DNA of 64,000 nt, from the IMG/VR virus record IMGVR_UViG_2770939586_000001. One strand, 5' to 3'. This document shows positions 48,492-57,587 of this stretch, one piece after another. The DNA comes from a virus. Taxonomy: Duplodnaviria; Caudoviricetes. Position numbers and translations under genes: made by a program. The notes below the pieces were generated by a model. It was given only the letters and a program-made list of their open reading frames with translations. It was not told the origin of the DNA and did no database searches. Position 1 is the stretch's first letter, and each line of letters begins with the position of its first letter.

Positions 48492-48572
48492 TGCGATACG
48501 CAGCAAGAGACACCCAAAGAACCTGCTTTGTTAACACAAAAATATTAAATTGTAAGGCAGGGAGGATATAGG

Positions 48573-49016
48573 ATGAGTCAGTCGTTCTTACCGGAAATTG
48601 ATAGAAAAGCCACGAAAAAAAGAGTGGAAGAAGTGTTGGAGACAGTACGTATCTATAGGCGAGTTGGATTTGTGCGCCGGGAAATAAATAATGTATCGAA
48701 TTATGAGTCTCAGTTCAGCAGTAAAACCAATAAGATAGATAAACCTGTAGAAAATTGTGCGATCTGGAATGTGGAGCATGAAGGTAAAATTGTCGAGTTG
48801 TCTAACCGTATCGAGTTTGCTGTAAATAAATTACCACAAAGACAAAAAGAGATTATAGAAAAGCGATACCTGGGTGAAGAAAGCAATTTTGACTATCTGG
48901 TTGCTAATGAAGTTAGGCTGAGTGAGCGTACATACAGACGTGAGAAATCACGTGCGATTTATATATTAGCGTTAATGCTAAAGTTAGAGGTTCTAGAAAA
49001 TGCAGGCGATAAATAG
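48573..49016 (+). CDS. arpU: ArpU/RinA-family late transcriptional activator
   Basis: LPEIDRKATK...LP.RQKEIIEKRYL...D..V..E..LSERTY.R.K..A. Confidence 0.88.
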   Translation: MSQSFLPEIDRKATKKRVEEVLETVRIYRRVGFVRREINNVSNYESQFSSKTNKIDKPVENCAIWNVEHEGKIVELSNRIEFAVNKLPQRQKEIIEKRYLGEESNFDYLVANEVRLSERTYRREKSRAIYILALMLKLEVLENAGDK

Positions 49017-49025
49017 ATAGTGCAG

Positions 49026-49093
49026 CATGACCGGATGTTGACCGAAACATGACCGGATTTTGGCACGCTATTCATGATTTAGCGTGTTAAGAT
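49026..49093 (+). promoter_or_regulatory. Putative ArpU operator (three 11-bp tandem repeats) and extended -10 late promoter
   Basis: CATGACCGGAT GTTGACCGAAA CATGACCGGAT; TG-T-TAAGAT at 49085-49093. Confidence 0.65.
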
Positions 49094-49117
49094 GATATTG
49101 TCAGAAGAAAAGCAGAG

Positions 49118-49148
49118 AAGCCGTTCCTAAAAGGGAGCGGCTTTTTTT
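49118..49148 (+). terminator. Rho-independent terminator or attenuator
   Basis: AAGCCGTTCC-loop-GGAGCGGCTT followed by a T-run. Confidence 0.8.
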
Positions 49149-49220
49149 GCTGGAAAGGGGATGCGCTACATGTAGTGGGAGATCTGACTTTATCCCAAAA
49201 CATTAACTTTAAAAAGAGGA

Positions 49221-49925
49221 GTGAAAAGCATGTGCAAATGCAATTCAAGAGTCAATGTCATTATTAATGAATGTTGCGATTGTGGTTCACCAGGTACAGG
49301 AAGTGATCCGTCCCATAACCACGATGATCGCTACTACACAAAAGGAGAAACGGATACTCTACTTGCTGAAAAAGCACCGTTACATCACACGCATACAGCA
49401 TCAGAAATCCAAGACTTCGTACCGGCCGTTGAACAGATTGTAAATACGTTGCCACAAAAAGGCGCAAATGTTCAAGTAAACGGCGTTCCGGTTATTCCCC
49501 CAACGGTAAACTTCAAAAACGGTGACGGCATCGTTCTGAACGTAGAAGAACGGGGTAACGTAGCTGATATTACAGTATCATCTGACATCGAAACTACTCA
49601 GCTTACCAAACTTGGTCAGCGTGCCGGGGATACATTCATCCATCCAATCACTAAGCCAAGCGCATTACTGGATTACAGCCCGATTGAAGTACTTAAATTC
49701 GCACTGACTCAGCAGGGTGCTCAGTTGTACGCAATGGGTTTCAACAACACGGATGCTGATCAATTCAATTTTGATCCTCTCTATACGCAATTTACAGGTG
49801 TAATGAAGCCGGTGAATCAGAAAGATTACCTGATGGAAAAGACTACATGGTCAGAATCAGGAGTGTTGTTCCAGGTCGATATTGATTCTAATGTCGCTAA
49901 ATTAGAAAGCGTATTAAGCGCGTAA
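49221..49925 (+). CDS. Fibre-like adaptor protein with a Cys-rich N-terminus (start may be 49230)
   Basis: HNHDDRYYTKGETDTLLAEKA..HHTH, homologous to the 31450 N-terminus. Confidence 0.65.
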   Translation: MKSMCKCNSRVNVIINECCDCGSPGTGSDPSHNHDDRYYTKGETDTLLAEKAPLHHTHTASEIQDFVPAVEQIVNTLPQKGANVQVNGVPVIPPTVNFKNGDGIVLNVEERGNVADITVSSDIETTQLTKLGQRAGDTFIHPITKPSALLDYSPIEVLKFALTQQGAQLYAMGFNNTDADQFNFDPLYTQFTGVMKPVNQKDYLMEKTTWSESGVLFQVDIDSNVAKLESVLSA

Positions 49926-49939
49926 AGGGGGAATAACAT

Positions 49940-50614
49940 ATGCCAATGCCAAATACAAGTGGTCAACTACGTAGTAAAATCCAAGATATGCAAATAGGCG
50001 ACTATATCAAAACATACTGGACAGTAGGTAGTTGGGATGTCGAGTATTTAAAAACAACAGGAATATATACTGAATATCCCGTAACAGGTGTTCCTTGGGC
50101 ATCCAATGGATTTTTTTATTTCATAAAAGCAGATAAAGGATTATTGATCTCCGACAGAGTCATTTTCCATACTAAATCATGGGACTTTTTAAATGGTGAA
50201 AAAGTAGTCCAAGGAAGACACTTGGTGAAATCATTTGATGGAATTCAAGGTATTATACGCTCTCTCGGTGGAGGAAATGCCTACACAGATGCAAACGGAA
50301 ATATGAGTCTTACTGATAAAGGATTAGGAGCATGGCCAACAAACAATGAATGGGATGAATACATTGTCCGTAAAGATTATGGAACAGGAGCCGGACGAGA
50401 TGACGTATGGCATTGGAATAATGTAGCTACATGGTGCCAAGAAACGCCTGTAAATGGATTTGTTCCTTACAATGGATCATCAGCGCAAAATCCAGCTAAT
50501 AACGTACGAGTTGGTAGAGGACAAGGGGGTCTAAAACATGTACTGACTCGGCTATCAGGCGATAGTTTAAATCTATATGGATTCCGTCCAGTATTTGAAT
50601 ATAAGGAGGTTTAA
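49940..50614 (+). CDS. C-type-lectin-fold (FGE/Mtd-like) protein
   Basis: ISDRV...SWD.LN...NEWD..I...WHW...W.QE...R..RG...GFRPVF. Confidence 0.65.
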   Translation: MPMPNTSGQLRSKIQDMQIGDYIKTYWTVGSWDVEYLKTTGIYTEYPVTGVPWASNGFFYFIKADKGLLISDRVIFHTKSWDFLNGEKVVQGRHLVKSFDGIQGIIRSLGGGNAYTDANGNMSLTDKGLGAWPTNNEWDEYIVRKDYGTGAGRDDVWHWNNVATWCQETPVNGFVPYNGSSAQNPANNVRVGRGQGGLKHVLTRLSGDSLNLYGFRPVFEYKEV

Positions 50615-50617
50615 TAG

Positions 50618-52879
50618 ATGGCTACAATAGGACAACAATTAATAACGCCTGAAACAGGATGGAAAAGGTATGATGATACTTGTCCTGCTTTCATGTATAA
50701 AGGCACGTGGACTTCTACTCTTCTTGGCGGCGGTCCTTATGGAGGAACCTGTTATCAATCTTCTGTATCGACAGATAAAATTAAGTTTAATTTTATAGGA
50801 ACAAAGATTCGCATTATTGGCTATCAATCATCAAGTAGAACCAATCCGATTTCAATTAGCATAGATGGTATTATTGAAACGTTTTCTGAATTAAGTATAG
50901 GAACAATCGGTGGATCTGGAGGCTCTATGTTGGTGTATGAAAAAACAGGGTTATCTCATTCCACACACCAAGTCGAAATTACTCCGGGTGGGACAACTAC
51001 CGCTCTTGACGCTATTGATATTGATGATACAGGTCGACTACTCCACCCTCAAGAAAAACTAGACCCAAAAGACATCGCTGTTATTGGGGATAGAATCCGT
51101 TGTCATTATCAAGCAAGCAGTGGAAAAGTAGGGGTATTTAGTGGACTAGGACAAGAAACAAGCGATTTTATCCCTGCCGCTTCTTCTGCTACTCCAAATG
51201 GTGACTTTTACTGGATTTATTCAAAAGATGACCACCTTGGAAACAAGGTATTCGTGGCCGATCGAAATGTACAACATAGCATTAGTTGGGATACGTTGAA
51301 CGCCATGGGGATTGCGACACACAGTGGAACACAAACTGCATTTTCTATTTATGGTGGAACAGCTATAAGTAGTGGAGATGCAAGCGTAAGTCCAGCTACT
51401 AATGCTTTTGATGGTAATTATCCTATCCCGCTAAGCGGAAGTGCAAATGGGACTCGCTGGGTATCCTTGCAAGCAGGTACAACAAAAGGTGTAGCGTGGA
51501 TTGGTTATGATTTTAAACAACCAAAGAATATTTGTTGTATTCGATTAATACAACATTCTTCAACTATATCATACGGTGTAACCAGTATCATTGTCCAAAG
51601 TTCTGATGATGGAGTTGCTTGGACTAATGTTTATCAAAAAGATAATCTATCTCTTGGATCATACCCGTCTAATGATTATATTGATTTTACATCTACTGGT
51701 CCAAAACGATTTTGGAGATTACTAGCTAATTCTGATGCGACAGGTGGTTGGTATGTGTATGAAATGCAAATGTTTGAGCAATCCAATGTTAACACAAACT
51801 ACAAATTCAACACTCGACTTCTTACAGGCGGTATTCTTTCAACAGATACAGACAATGAGTGGGATCAAATTGTTGTTAATTCTAACTTAGGAGGAACTAT
51901 TGCAGCAGGAGATAATGGAATATGGAACTGGAATGGACAGTATTCATTGAGCAGTTCAACTGTAAATAGTACAAATACACAGCGTGTTATACGTGGAGGT
52001 ACAGCAGTAAATAGATGGGGTGCATATAATACAGGTGGATATGGAACAGATACCGGTTTCCGTCCTGTATTAGTAATGAGTGTACTAGGGGAAGAAGAAA
52101 AACCACGTACTCCAAAATACGTAGCCCAAATTGGAACAGATATCTATCTACCAAATGGAACATTACAAGGTCCACGTGGCACAGATGCAGAATTAAAAGC
52201 GCTGATGGAGACAAATGGTGCTGACCTTTCTACAATTGCTTGGGATACATTACGAGGAATTGCAAAAGAAGCTGGTAAACCATTGAAGGTGTTACGCTTC
52301 ACAGACGACACTGCAGCTACAGTACCTACATTACGTGTTACGCAAGTGCCAGATGCTCAGTTCATTACACCAAAATCAAGTATTCGAATCTCATCTATTT
52401 CTGGTATCAGCTCTGTAAAAGTAACCGGCACGAAAACAGGGGCAGCGAATGAACGCTATGTAGTGGCCAAGTCCAATGTAGAGACAGGTGCACCAGATTG
52501 GTATGTTAAAACAGCAGCGGGATGGGTAAGCCTTGGTAAACTTGACCGTACAATCCGTGCTGATGTCGATAAAGTCGCACAACAAGGTATGACACAAGAA
52601 GAACTGAACGCCATTACCACTGCGGAATGGGCACAGCTATTTGATAACGGACATGGTACTCCGCAATACAATTGGATTGCATTCGGGTACCTACAATCCC
52701 AGCAGTCATCTACAGATGTATGCGAGAACGATCAGCTTGTTATGGAAGTAAATATGCAAGGAAAATGGGTAAAAGCTGTTCACGGAACTGATTACAACTA
52801 TGAGTATGACGGTCCAGAAAAACTACAAGTTCATATTCTTGCGGATGGGGATTATAAGTTTAACCGAGTCCCTCTGTAA
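50618..52879 (+). CDS. Multidomain adhesin/receptor-binding protein: beta-sandwich plus CLec-fold domain with an inserted F5/8 discoidin domain
   Basis: ADRNVQHSISWD.LN / NAFDG...WIGYDF...SSDDG..W...RFWRL / NEWD...RVIRGG...GFRPVL. Confidence 0.7.
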   Translation: MATIGQQLITPETGWKRYDDTCPAFMYKGTWTSTLLGGGPYGGTCYQSSVSTDKIKFNFIGTKIRIIGYQSSSRTNPISISIDGIIETFSELSIGTIGGSGGSMLVYEKTGLSHSTHQVEITPGGTTTALDAIDIDDTGRLLHPQEKLDPKDIAVIGDRIRCHYQASSGKVGVFSGLGQETSDFIPAASSATPNGDFYWIYSKDDHLGNKVFVADRNVQHSISWDTLNAMGIATHSGTQTAFSIYGGTAISSGDASVSPATNAFDGNYPIPLSGSANGTRWVSLQAGTTKGVAWIGYDFKQPKNICCIRLIQHSSTISYGVTSIIVQSSDDGVAWTNVYQKDNLSLGSYPSNDYIDFTSTGPKRFWRLLANSDATGGWYVYEMQMFEQSNVNTNYKFNTRLLTGGILSTDTDNEWDQIVVNSNLGGTIAAGDNGIWNWNGQYSLSSSTVNSTNTQRVIRGGTAVNRWGAYNTGGYGTDTGFRPVLVMSVLGEEEKPRTPKYVAQIGTDIYLPNGTLQGPRGTDAELKALMETNGADLSTIAWDTLRGIAKEAGKPLKVLRFTDDTAATVPTLRVTQVPDAQFITPKSSIRISSISGISSVKVTGTKTGAANERYVVAKSNVETGAPDWYVKTAAGWVSLGKLDRTIRADVDKVAQQGMTQEELNAITTAEWAQLFDNGHGTPQYNWIAFGYLQSQQSSTDVCENDQLVMEVNMQGKWVKAVHGTDYNYEYDGPEKLQVHILADGDYKFNRVPL

Positions 52880-52919
52880 ACCAAGCGCCGATAAAGGCGT
52901 ATTTTTTATGCTCACCTTC

Positions 52920-52951
52920 AGGAGTCGCTTAATTGCGGCTCCTATTTTTTT
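52920..52951 (+). terminator. Terminator after the lectin cassette
   Basis: AGGAGTCGC-TTAATT-GCGGCTCCT followed by ATTTTTTTT. Confidence 0.75.
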
Positions 52952-53199
52952 ATGTCTACAATACTGCGGATCACGTATCCCAAGCACGTACGGATGGTGG
53001 CGAAACGAGAGATGTCAGATGAGCAGAGGGAAGCGGCGAGTAAAGATTTAAGAAGATGCATACTAAAAACAACGATAAATAATGGTGATACCATCTTTCT
53101 GATAAGAAGGTGGTATTTTATTTCCAATTAAGACGAAATAATTGGTAAAATGAGACATGGGTGGTTCATATTTTGGAAGTTTTAGAGGGAGAATTTAAA

Positions 53200-53820
53200 A
53201 TGAAAATAGAGTTCAACTTTCTTGAAGACCTCTTTGGGATTAAAAGGGATAAATTTATTCCTCTTAAGATAAAAGGGGATATGGAGTACGAATTACAAAT
53301 ACGAGTACAGGAAATCGAAAATGAAGGTTTTAAAATATTAAGAACAGAAAGGAATAAAAATGGGGAAATTGTTATTATCTATCGCCATTTCTTCTATGAT
53401 GGAAACGATGAAGATATGATCACTATCGAGGCGATTGTTATAACAAAGAAAGGGATAATAATTCCTTACCCTGTTATGTATGTGAATCGAAGAGAGGCAG
53501 ATAAAAGTTTGTATATTGCTGATATTAGAGTATTTGGCGAAAGTATTAACAAAGGCTATGGATCGCTAATGATGAAGGAGTTACTTCAGATCGCAAGAAG
53601 CCAAAAAGAAAAAGTGTTTTTTGTAACTGGTAATATGGATTACGGAGATGAGGAGCATTATAAGCGCTTAATTCATTTTTATGAAAAGTATGGTTTTACT
53701 TGCCGTGACGGAAAAATACTATGGATAAATGATGGAGTTAAATTGTCTGGAGAACAGGTTGATGCCATTTTTAGTCGAGTTGTCTTAGAGGATCCAGAGA
53801 TATTTGAATACGAAAAGTAG
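53200..53820 (+). CDS. GNAT-family acetyltransferase
   Basis: LYIADIRV...INKGYGSLMM...LIHFYEKYGF; RBS GAGGGAG. Confidence 0.8.
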   Translation: MKIEFNFLEDLFGIKRDKFIPLKIKGDMEYELQIRVQEIENEGFKILRTERNKNGEIVIIYRHFFYDGNDEDMITIEAIVITKKGIIIPYPVMYVNRREADKSLYIADIRVFGESINKGYGSLMMKELLQIARSQKEKVFFVTGNMDYGDEEHYKRLIHFYEKYGFTCRDGKILWINDGVKLSGEQVDAIFSRVVLEDPEIFEYEK

Positions 53821-54047
53821 TGGTGTTAAATGGGTGTTTTTTGGCTGAATATTGGTAGGCTGCTTGGATAGAGTGCTTGATGATAGTAGAAGAAGATGAG
53901 TAGTCCTTTTTGATTTTCAATAATATAATCTTTATTAGTTTGTAGATTGAAAAAGTGACGATTTTCTACAAGTTTCAAGGAAAATAGTTCTTCTTGTCGA
54001 AGTTTAGCAGTAGATTAAGAAACACTTTTGATAGGGGGAATTATAAG

Positions 54048-54896
54048 TTGAAGGTTTTTTTAAGTTGGTCAGGAGAATTAAGTAGAAGGGTGGCTTTAGT
54101 CTTTAGAGAATGGTTACCTTCTGTTATACAGGCTGTAGAACCTTATGTTTCCTCTGAAGATATTGATAAAGGAGCACGTTGGAGTAGTGATATTGCACAA
54201 GAACTAGAAGTTTCATCTTATGGTATTATATGTATTACAAAGGAGAATATCGAGGCTCCTTGGATTAACTTTGAAGCCGGAGCTTTAGCTAAAACATTTG
54301 ATAAAGCGTATGTTTCTCCTTTTTTATTTGGGATTAAAAGGTTTGAAGTATCAGGTCCTCTCTTGCAATTTCAATCTACTCTATATGAGAAAGACGATGT
54401 GAAGAAATTAATAGATGGTATTAACAAAGCTTGTGATTTACAAGGGCTAGACAGTTTGAGATTAGATAAGGTATTTGAAATGTGGTGGCCAGCTTTAAAG
54501 GAAGAATTAGACAACCTACTTGTCAATAGTGATGATTATTTAATTTCGGATGAGAAAGAAAATTCTGGCGAAATAAACAGTATGCTTGAGGAGGTTTTGG
54601 AGCTTACACGAAATCAGCAAAAGTTACTTCGTTCTCCTCATGATATATTGCCACCGGAGTATTTAGCCAAAGTTATAGGGGAGTTAAGCCCTTCTACAGT
54701 TCACCCTGGTGCTATTGCTGATTTAAGAAGAGGCTTAACGATAGGTGAAGCTTTGATTAAAAAATATGAGGAAACACGAGAAATGGATATTAACGAATTT
54801 CAACATATGCTTCGTATGTTGAGAAGACCACTGGTTCATTTAACAAAACGAACAAAACATATCGAACAACGTATACAACTAGAGCTAGATATGTAA
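54048..54896 (+). CDS. TIR-domain protein (TIR_2-like) with a helical C-terminal domain
   Basis: KVFLSWSG...SSEDIDKGARW...GIICIT..N...PWINFEAGA; catalytic Glu position retained. Confidence 0.85.
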   Translation: MKVFLSWSGELSRRVALVFREWLPSVIQAVEPYVSSEDIDKGARWSSDIAQELEVSSYGIICITKENIEAPWINFEAGALAKTFDKAYVSPFLFGIKRFEVSGPLLQFQSTLYEKDDVKKLIDGINKACDLQGLDSLRLDKVFEMWWPALKEELDNLLVNSDDYLISDEKENSGEINSMLEEVLELTRNQQKLLRSPHDILPPEYLAKVIGELSPSTVHPGAIADLRRGLTIGEALIKKYEETREMDINEFQHMLRMLRRPLVHLTKRTKHIEQRIQLELDM

Positions 54897-54991
54897 TGTT
54901 AGATTTATATAAAATTATTAAAGAAAATTTAATGTCGCTCTTCGGAGTGCCCTTTTTTCTTTTGCAAACAAAAACCCTGCATCTCGCAGGA

Positions 54992-55174
54992 TTAAATACT
55001 CTTCTTCATGCCGCACTGTCTGCATTCTCTAAGGAAAATCGTATCCTTCACAGAGCTTTTGAAATGGGCGTTACCACAATTATCACAGCGGCCACTAACC
55101 GCATCAGGGTGCTCTTTGTAGTCGTAAACAATGGTTGTGTCATAACCTTTGTATTCTTGGTTGATTTCAGTCAA
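54992..55174 (-). CDS. Small zinc-ribbon protein
   Basis: CDNCG...CRQCG; RBS AAGGTGA. Confidence 0.65.
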   Translation of the reverse strand: MTEINQEYKGYDTTIVYDYKEHPDAVSGRCDNCGNAHFKSSVKDTIFLRECRQCGMKKSI

Positions 55175-55262
55175 TGTCGATCACCTTCACGTTGGATTTA
55201 ACTTTTATATCATATCAGATTAGATCGATATTAAGTAAGAATCAAACACAGCATATTTAGTC

Positions 55263-55292
55263 AAAAGCCTTGCTTATTCGAGCAGGGCTTTT
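55263..55292. terminator. Bidirectional terminator-like hairpin
   Basis: AAAAGCCTTGCT...AGCAGGGCTTTTT. Confidence 0.6.
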
Positions 55293-55397
55293 TGTAATAT
55301 TTTACAGATATTAATTACAAATATAGCAGGATATAATGTTTAACAAATAGTAAACAAATGACCGAGAGAGGAGGAAAAACTCCACTCTTTTTTGTGC

Positions 55398-55610
55398 CTA
55401 TTCCCAAGTCCAGTCGTACAGTTGTTCCATCGTGCAGCCGACTATGTGTGCGATGGTTCGAGCTGTTTCTAACGACATGGTACGAGTGCCGTTCACGTAC
55501 TGACTTATTTGTGAACGGCTTTTGTTCATGCGGTGTGCCAGATCCTGCTGAGTCATCTTGGCTTCACGCAATCGCTGACGTAATAGGCACTTTCCTGCAC
55601 GGAAAGCCAT
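55398..55610 (-). CDS. XRE-family HTH regulator
   Basis: LRQRL...MTQQDLA...SQISQYVNG...MSL..A..IA. Confidence 0.85.
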   Translation of the reverse strand: MAFRAGKCLLRQRLREAKMTQQDLAHRMNKSRSQISQYVNGTRTMSLETARTIAHIVGCTMEQLYDWTWE

Positions 55611-55692
55611 TTGTTACTATTTACCCCCAGAAATGAGATACCATTATATTACTACAATTTTGCGCATATTGACACCAAGAGGCGGTAGCACG

Positions 55693-55899
55693 GTGACTTT
55701 TGAAGAACTGTACCGGATAGCAGAAGTATATTTCCTTATCAAGCAAAAAAGAAAGCGAGCAAGAAGTAGGTTTTTGAAGGTTACAGATTGGAAGGTTACG
55801 GATGAGGGATATATCTTTTATGCATTGTTTCAGGGGGGAAATAGGCAAATACATCTACATACAGTAACTATTCGATTTGATGGTTTGATTGTCGAATAG
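55693..55899 (+). CDS. Small hypothetical protein
   Basis: RBS GAGGCGG before GTG. Confidence 0.45.
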   Translation: MTFEELYRIAEVYFLIKQKRKRARSRFLKVTDWKVTDEGYIFYALFQGGNRQIHLHTVTIRFDGLIVE

Positions 55900-56069
55900 T
55901 ATTTTTTTATGTCTAATTATGTCGCGCATGTGTAAAAACATATGTCAAATAGTATGAAGATTATGTAATTAATGGTAGTATTTTCGAGAATAAGTAGAAC
56001 AAAGGGAGTGGTTAACATGTACTATAATTGAAAAACCTGCACCGCTATTGTATGGCGCAGGTCGCAGAT

Positions 56070-56297
56070 TTAGTTATCAGAATCGTCTTCTTCTAAAACT
56101 AACAACTCACTTAACGGAACATTGAAAAAGTCACATAGCGTGATGATTGTTTTATAGTCGATGCGATCATTTTTATCATTATAAAATCTAGTAAGAGTAG
56201 GGTTGCTTATTCCGGTTAAGCGCGAAAGTTCATTAATACTTTTAATTTTTCGCATCCCCATAAGTATATGCAATCTGCTCTTTATTTTTCTAGCCAC
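56070..56297 (-). CDS. Cro/CI-type HTH (HTH_26) regulator
   Basis: SINELSRLTGISNPTLTRFYN...TIITLCDFF. Confidence 0.88.
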   Translation of the reverse strand: MARKIKSRLHILMGMRKIKSINELSRLTGISNPTLTRFYNDKNDRIDYKTIITLCDFFNVPLSELLVLEEDDSDN

Positions 56298-56350
56298 GGT
56301 ATCACCATCCTTGATTTAAATATATAACAGATCAATACATAATGGAATAA

Positions 56351-56401
56351 TAGTGTTAAAAATTTAACGTTAGTGTTAAATTTTATGAAGTTAGTATTGA
56401 A
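56351..56401. promoter_or_regulatory. Operator-like direct repeats between divergent HTH genes
   Basis: TAGTGTTAAA at 56351 and 56371; TAGTATTGAA at 56392. Confidence 0.55.
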
Positions 56402-56471
56402 ATTTTTAACTAAATAGTTATAATTGGATTTATACAGAAAGTTACCAAGATATTCAAATGGGGGTGTAAAA

Positions 56472-56690
56472 ATGAACAAAGTGAAAAATAATCTTTCTGT
56501 ATTGATGGGGAAACGTAAGATTCGTTCTATTAATCAGCTAAGTAAAGAAACGGGCCTTCGTCATGAAGCGCTAAATAGATTGTACGCGGAAGATCAAGAG
56601 TACAACCCAAGTGTAAAAACGCTGATTATTCTGTGTGATTTCTTCGAGTGTGACTTGCACGAATTGATAGAGTATACACCAGCGCAGTAG
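56472..56690 (+). CDS. Cro/CI-type HTH (HTH_26) regulator, paralog of 56070-56297
   Basis: LMGKRKIRSINQLSKETGL...KTLIILCDFF; RBS GGGGGTG. Confidence 0.88.
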   Translation: MNKVKNNLSVLMGKRKIRSINQLSKETGLRHEALNRLYAEDQEYNPSVKTLIILCDFFECDLHELIEYTPAQ

Positions 56691-57047
56691 TAGCTACGCT
56701 TAGGAGATAAAGGAGGGGGATTGGGATTACTTTAGGGAAACATGCAGAGGTAGTGAAGCAACTAGAAATGAATGTAGATGATAATCCCTTGATTAAGATG
56801 ACTGAATTATATGTAAAATGCGGTGCGGCACTGGCTGATGTACAGGAAGCCAGACAGTTGTTATCCGATTGCTCATTAAACCCTATCGTGCAGCGCTAAC
56901 TTTGGCAGCACGAGTTGTCCAGCTACACCCTAGATTACTACATACTATTCCAACTGTTGCGTTTGTATGTGAAAAAAATCTACTTTTAATCTACTTTTGT
57001 AAATGGACAGGCTTTGGTTGATATGGATGCAAAAAGGGGTGAGAGTC

Positions 57048-57587
57048 TTGGAGACGGACAAGCATTTAATCTATATATTTGCGGGTGGAGATGATGCAAG
57101 CGCCTATCAGAAGTTGAAGTCTGATGTGGCAGCGAAGGTGTACAGTTGTAGCACGCAAGTAAAAGGTGAGGAACTGGACGATATTATACAGGATGCAGCG
57201 TTGAAACTGTATTTATCCATTGATAGATATGACAGTAAAAAAGCGGCAGTATCAACGTTTCGTGATCACATTATCACAAATGTTTTGATTGACCGGATAC
57301 GCCGCTGGCGGGCACATAAAAGCCAGGTGTTGACATGGGATGAAGTAGATGAAACAGAAGATGGATGTGAGCAAGTAGATTTTGATATGGATTTTGAGCG
57401 ATGGTTTCGCACGTTGCTTCCACATGAGAAAAAGATTGTACGTATGCGATTGGATGGCAAGAAAAACTGTGTAATTGCAGATGAACTGGGATGTTCGAAC
57501 GCTTCTATTACGGCATATAGGAAAGTGATTCAGAAGAAGTGGAATAGCTTTTTCTATTATGGGGGAGATGAGAATCATGCAATATAA
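57048..57587 (+). CDS. ECF-type sigma-70 factor
   Basis: DDIIQDAALKLY..IDRYD..K...STF...I..N.LID.IR (region 2); L.PHEKKIV.MRLDG.....IADELG (region 4). Confidence 0.8.
   Translation: METDKHLIYIFAGGDDASAYQKLKSDVAAKVYSCSTQVKGEELDDIIQDAALKLYLSIDRYDSKKAAVSTFRDHIITNVLIDRIRRWRAHKSQVLTWDEVDETEDGCEQVDFDMDFERWFRTLLPHEKKIVRMRLDGKKNCVIADELGCSNASITAYRKVIQKKWNSFFYYGGDENHAI

Noticed and set aside
49940-52879. Complete diversity-generating retroelement targeting the CLec genes
   Set aside because: No reverse transcriptase, Avd-like gene or near-identical template repeat with A-specific mismatches was seen in the window. The two CLec genes are ordinary diverged paralogs.
52952-53090. Small ORF containing KREMSDEQREAA
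   Set aside because: No RBS. It looks like a truncated remnant of a phage gene, too short to call.
55930-55950. Possible LexA (SOS) box AAAACATATGTCAA
   Set aside because: Too many mismatches to the Bacillus CGAAC-N4-GTTCG consensus.
56720-56899. Open frame of about 59 codons after RBS AAGGAGGGGG
   Set aside because: No canonical in-frame start near the RBS (the TTG frame stops after four codons) and no recognisable motif, so it was left uncalled.
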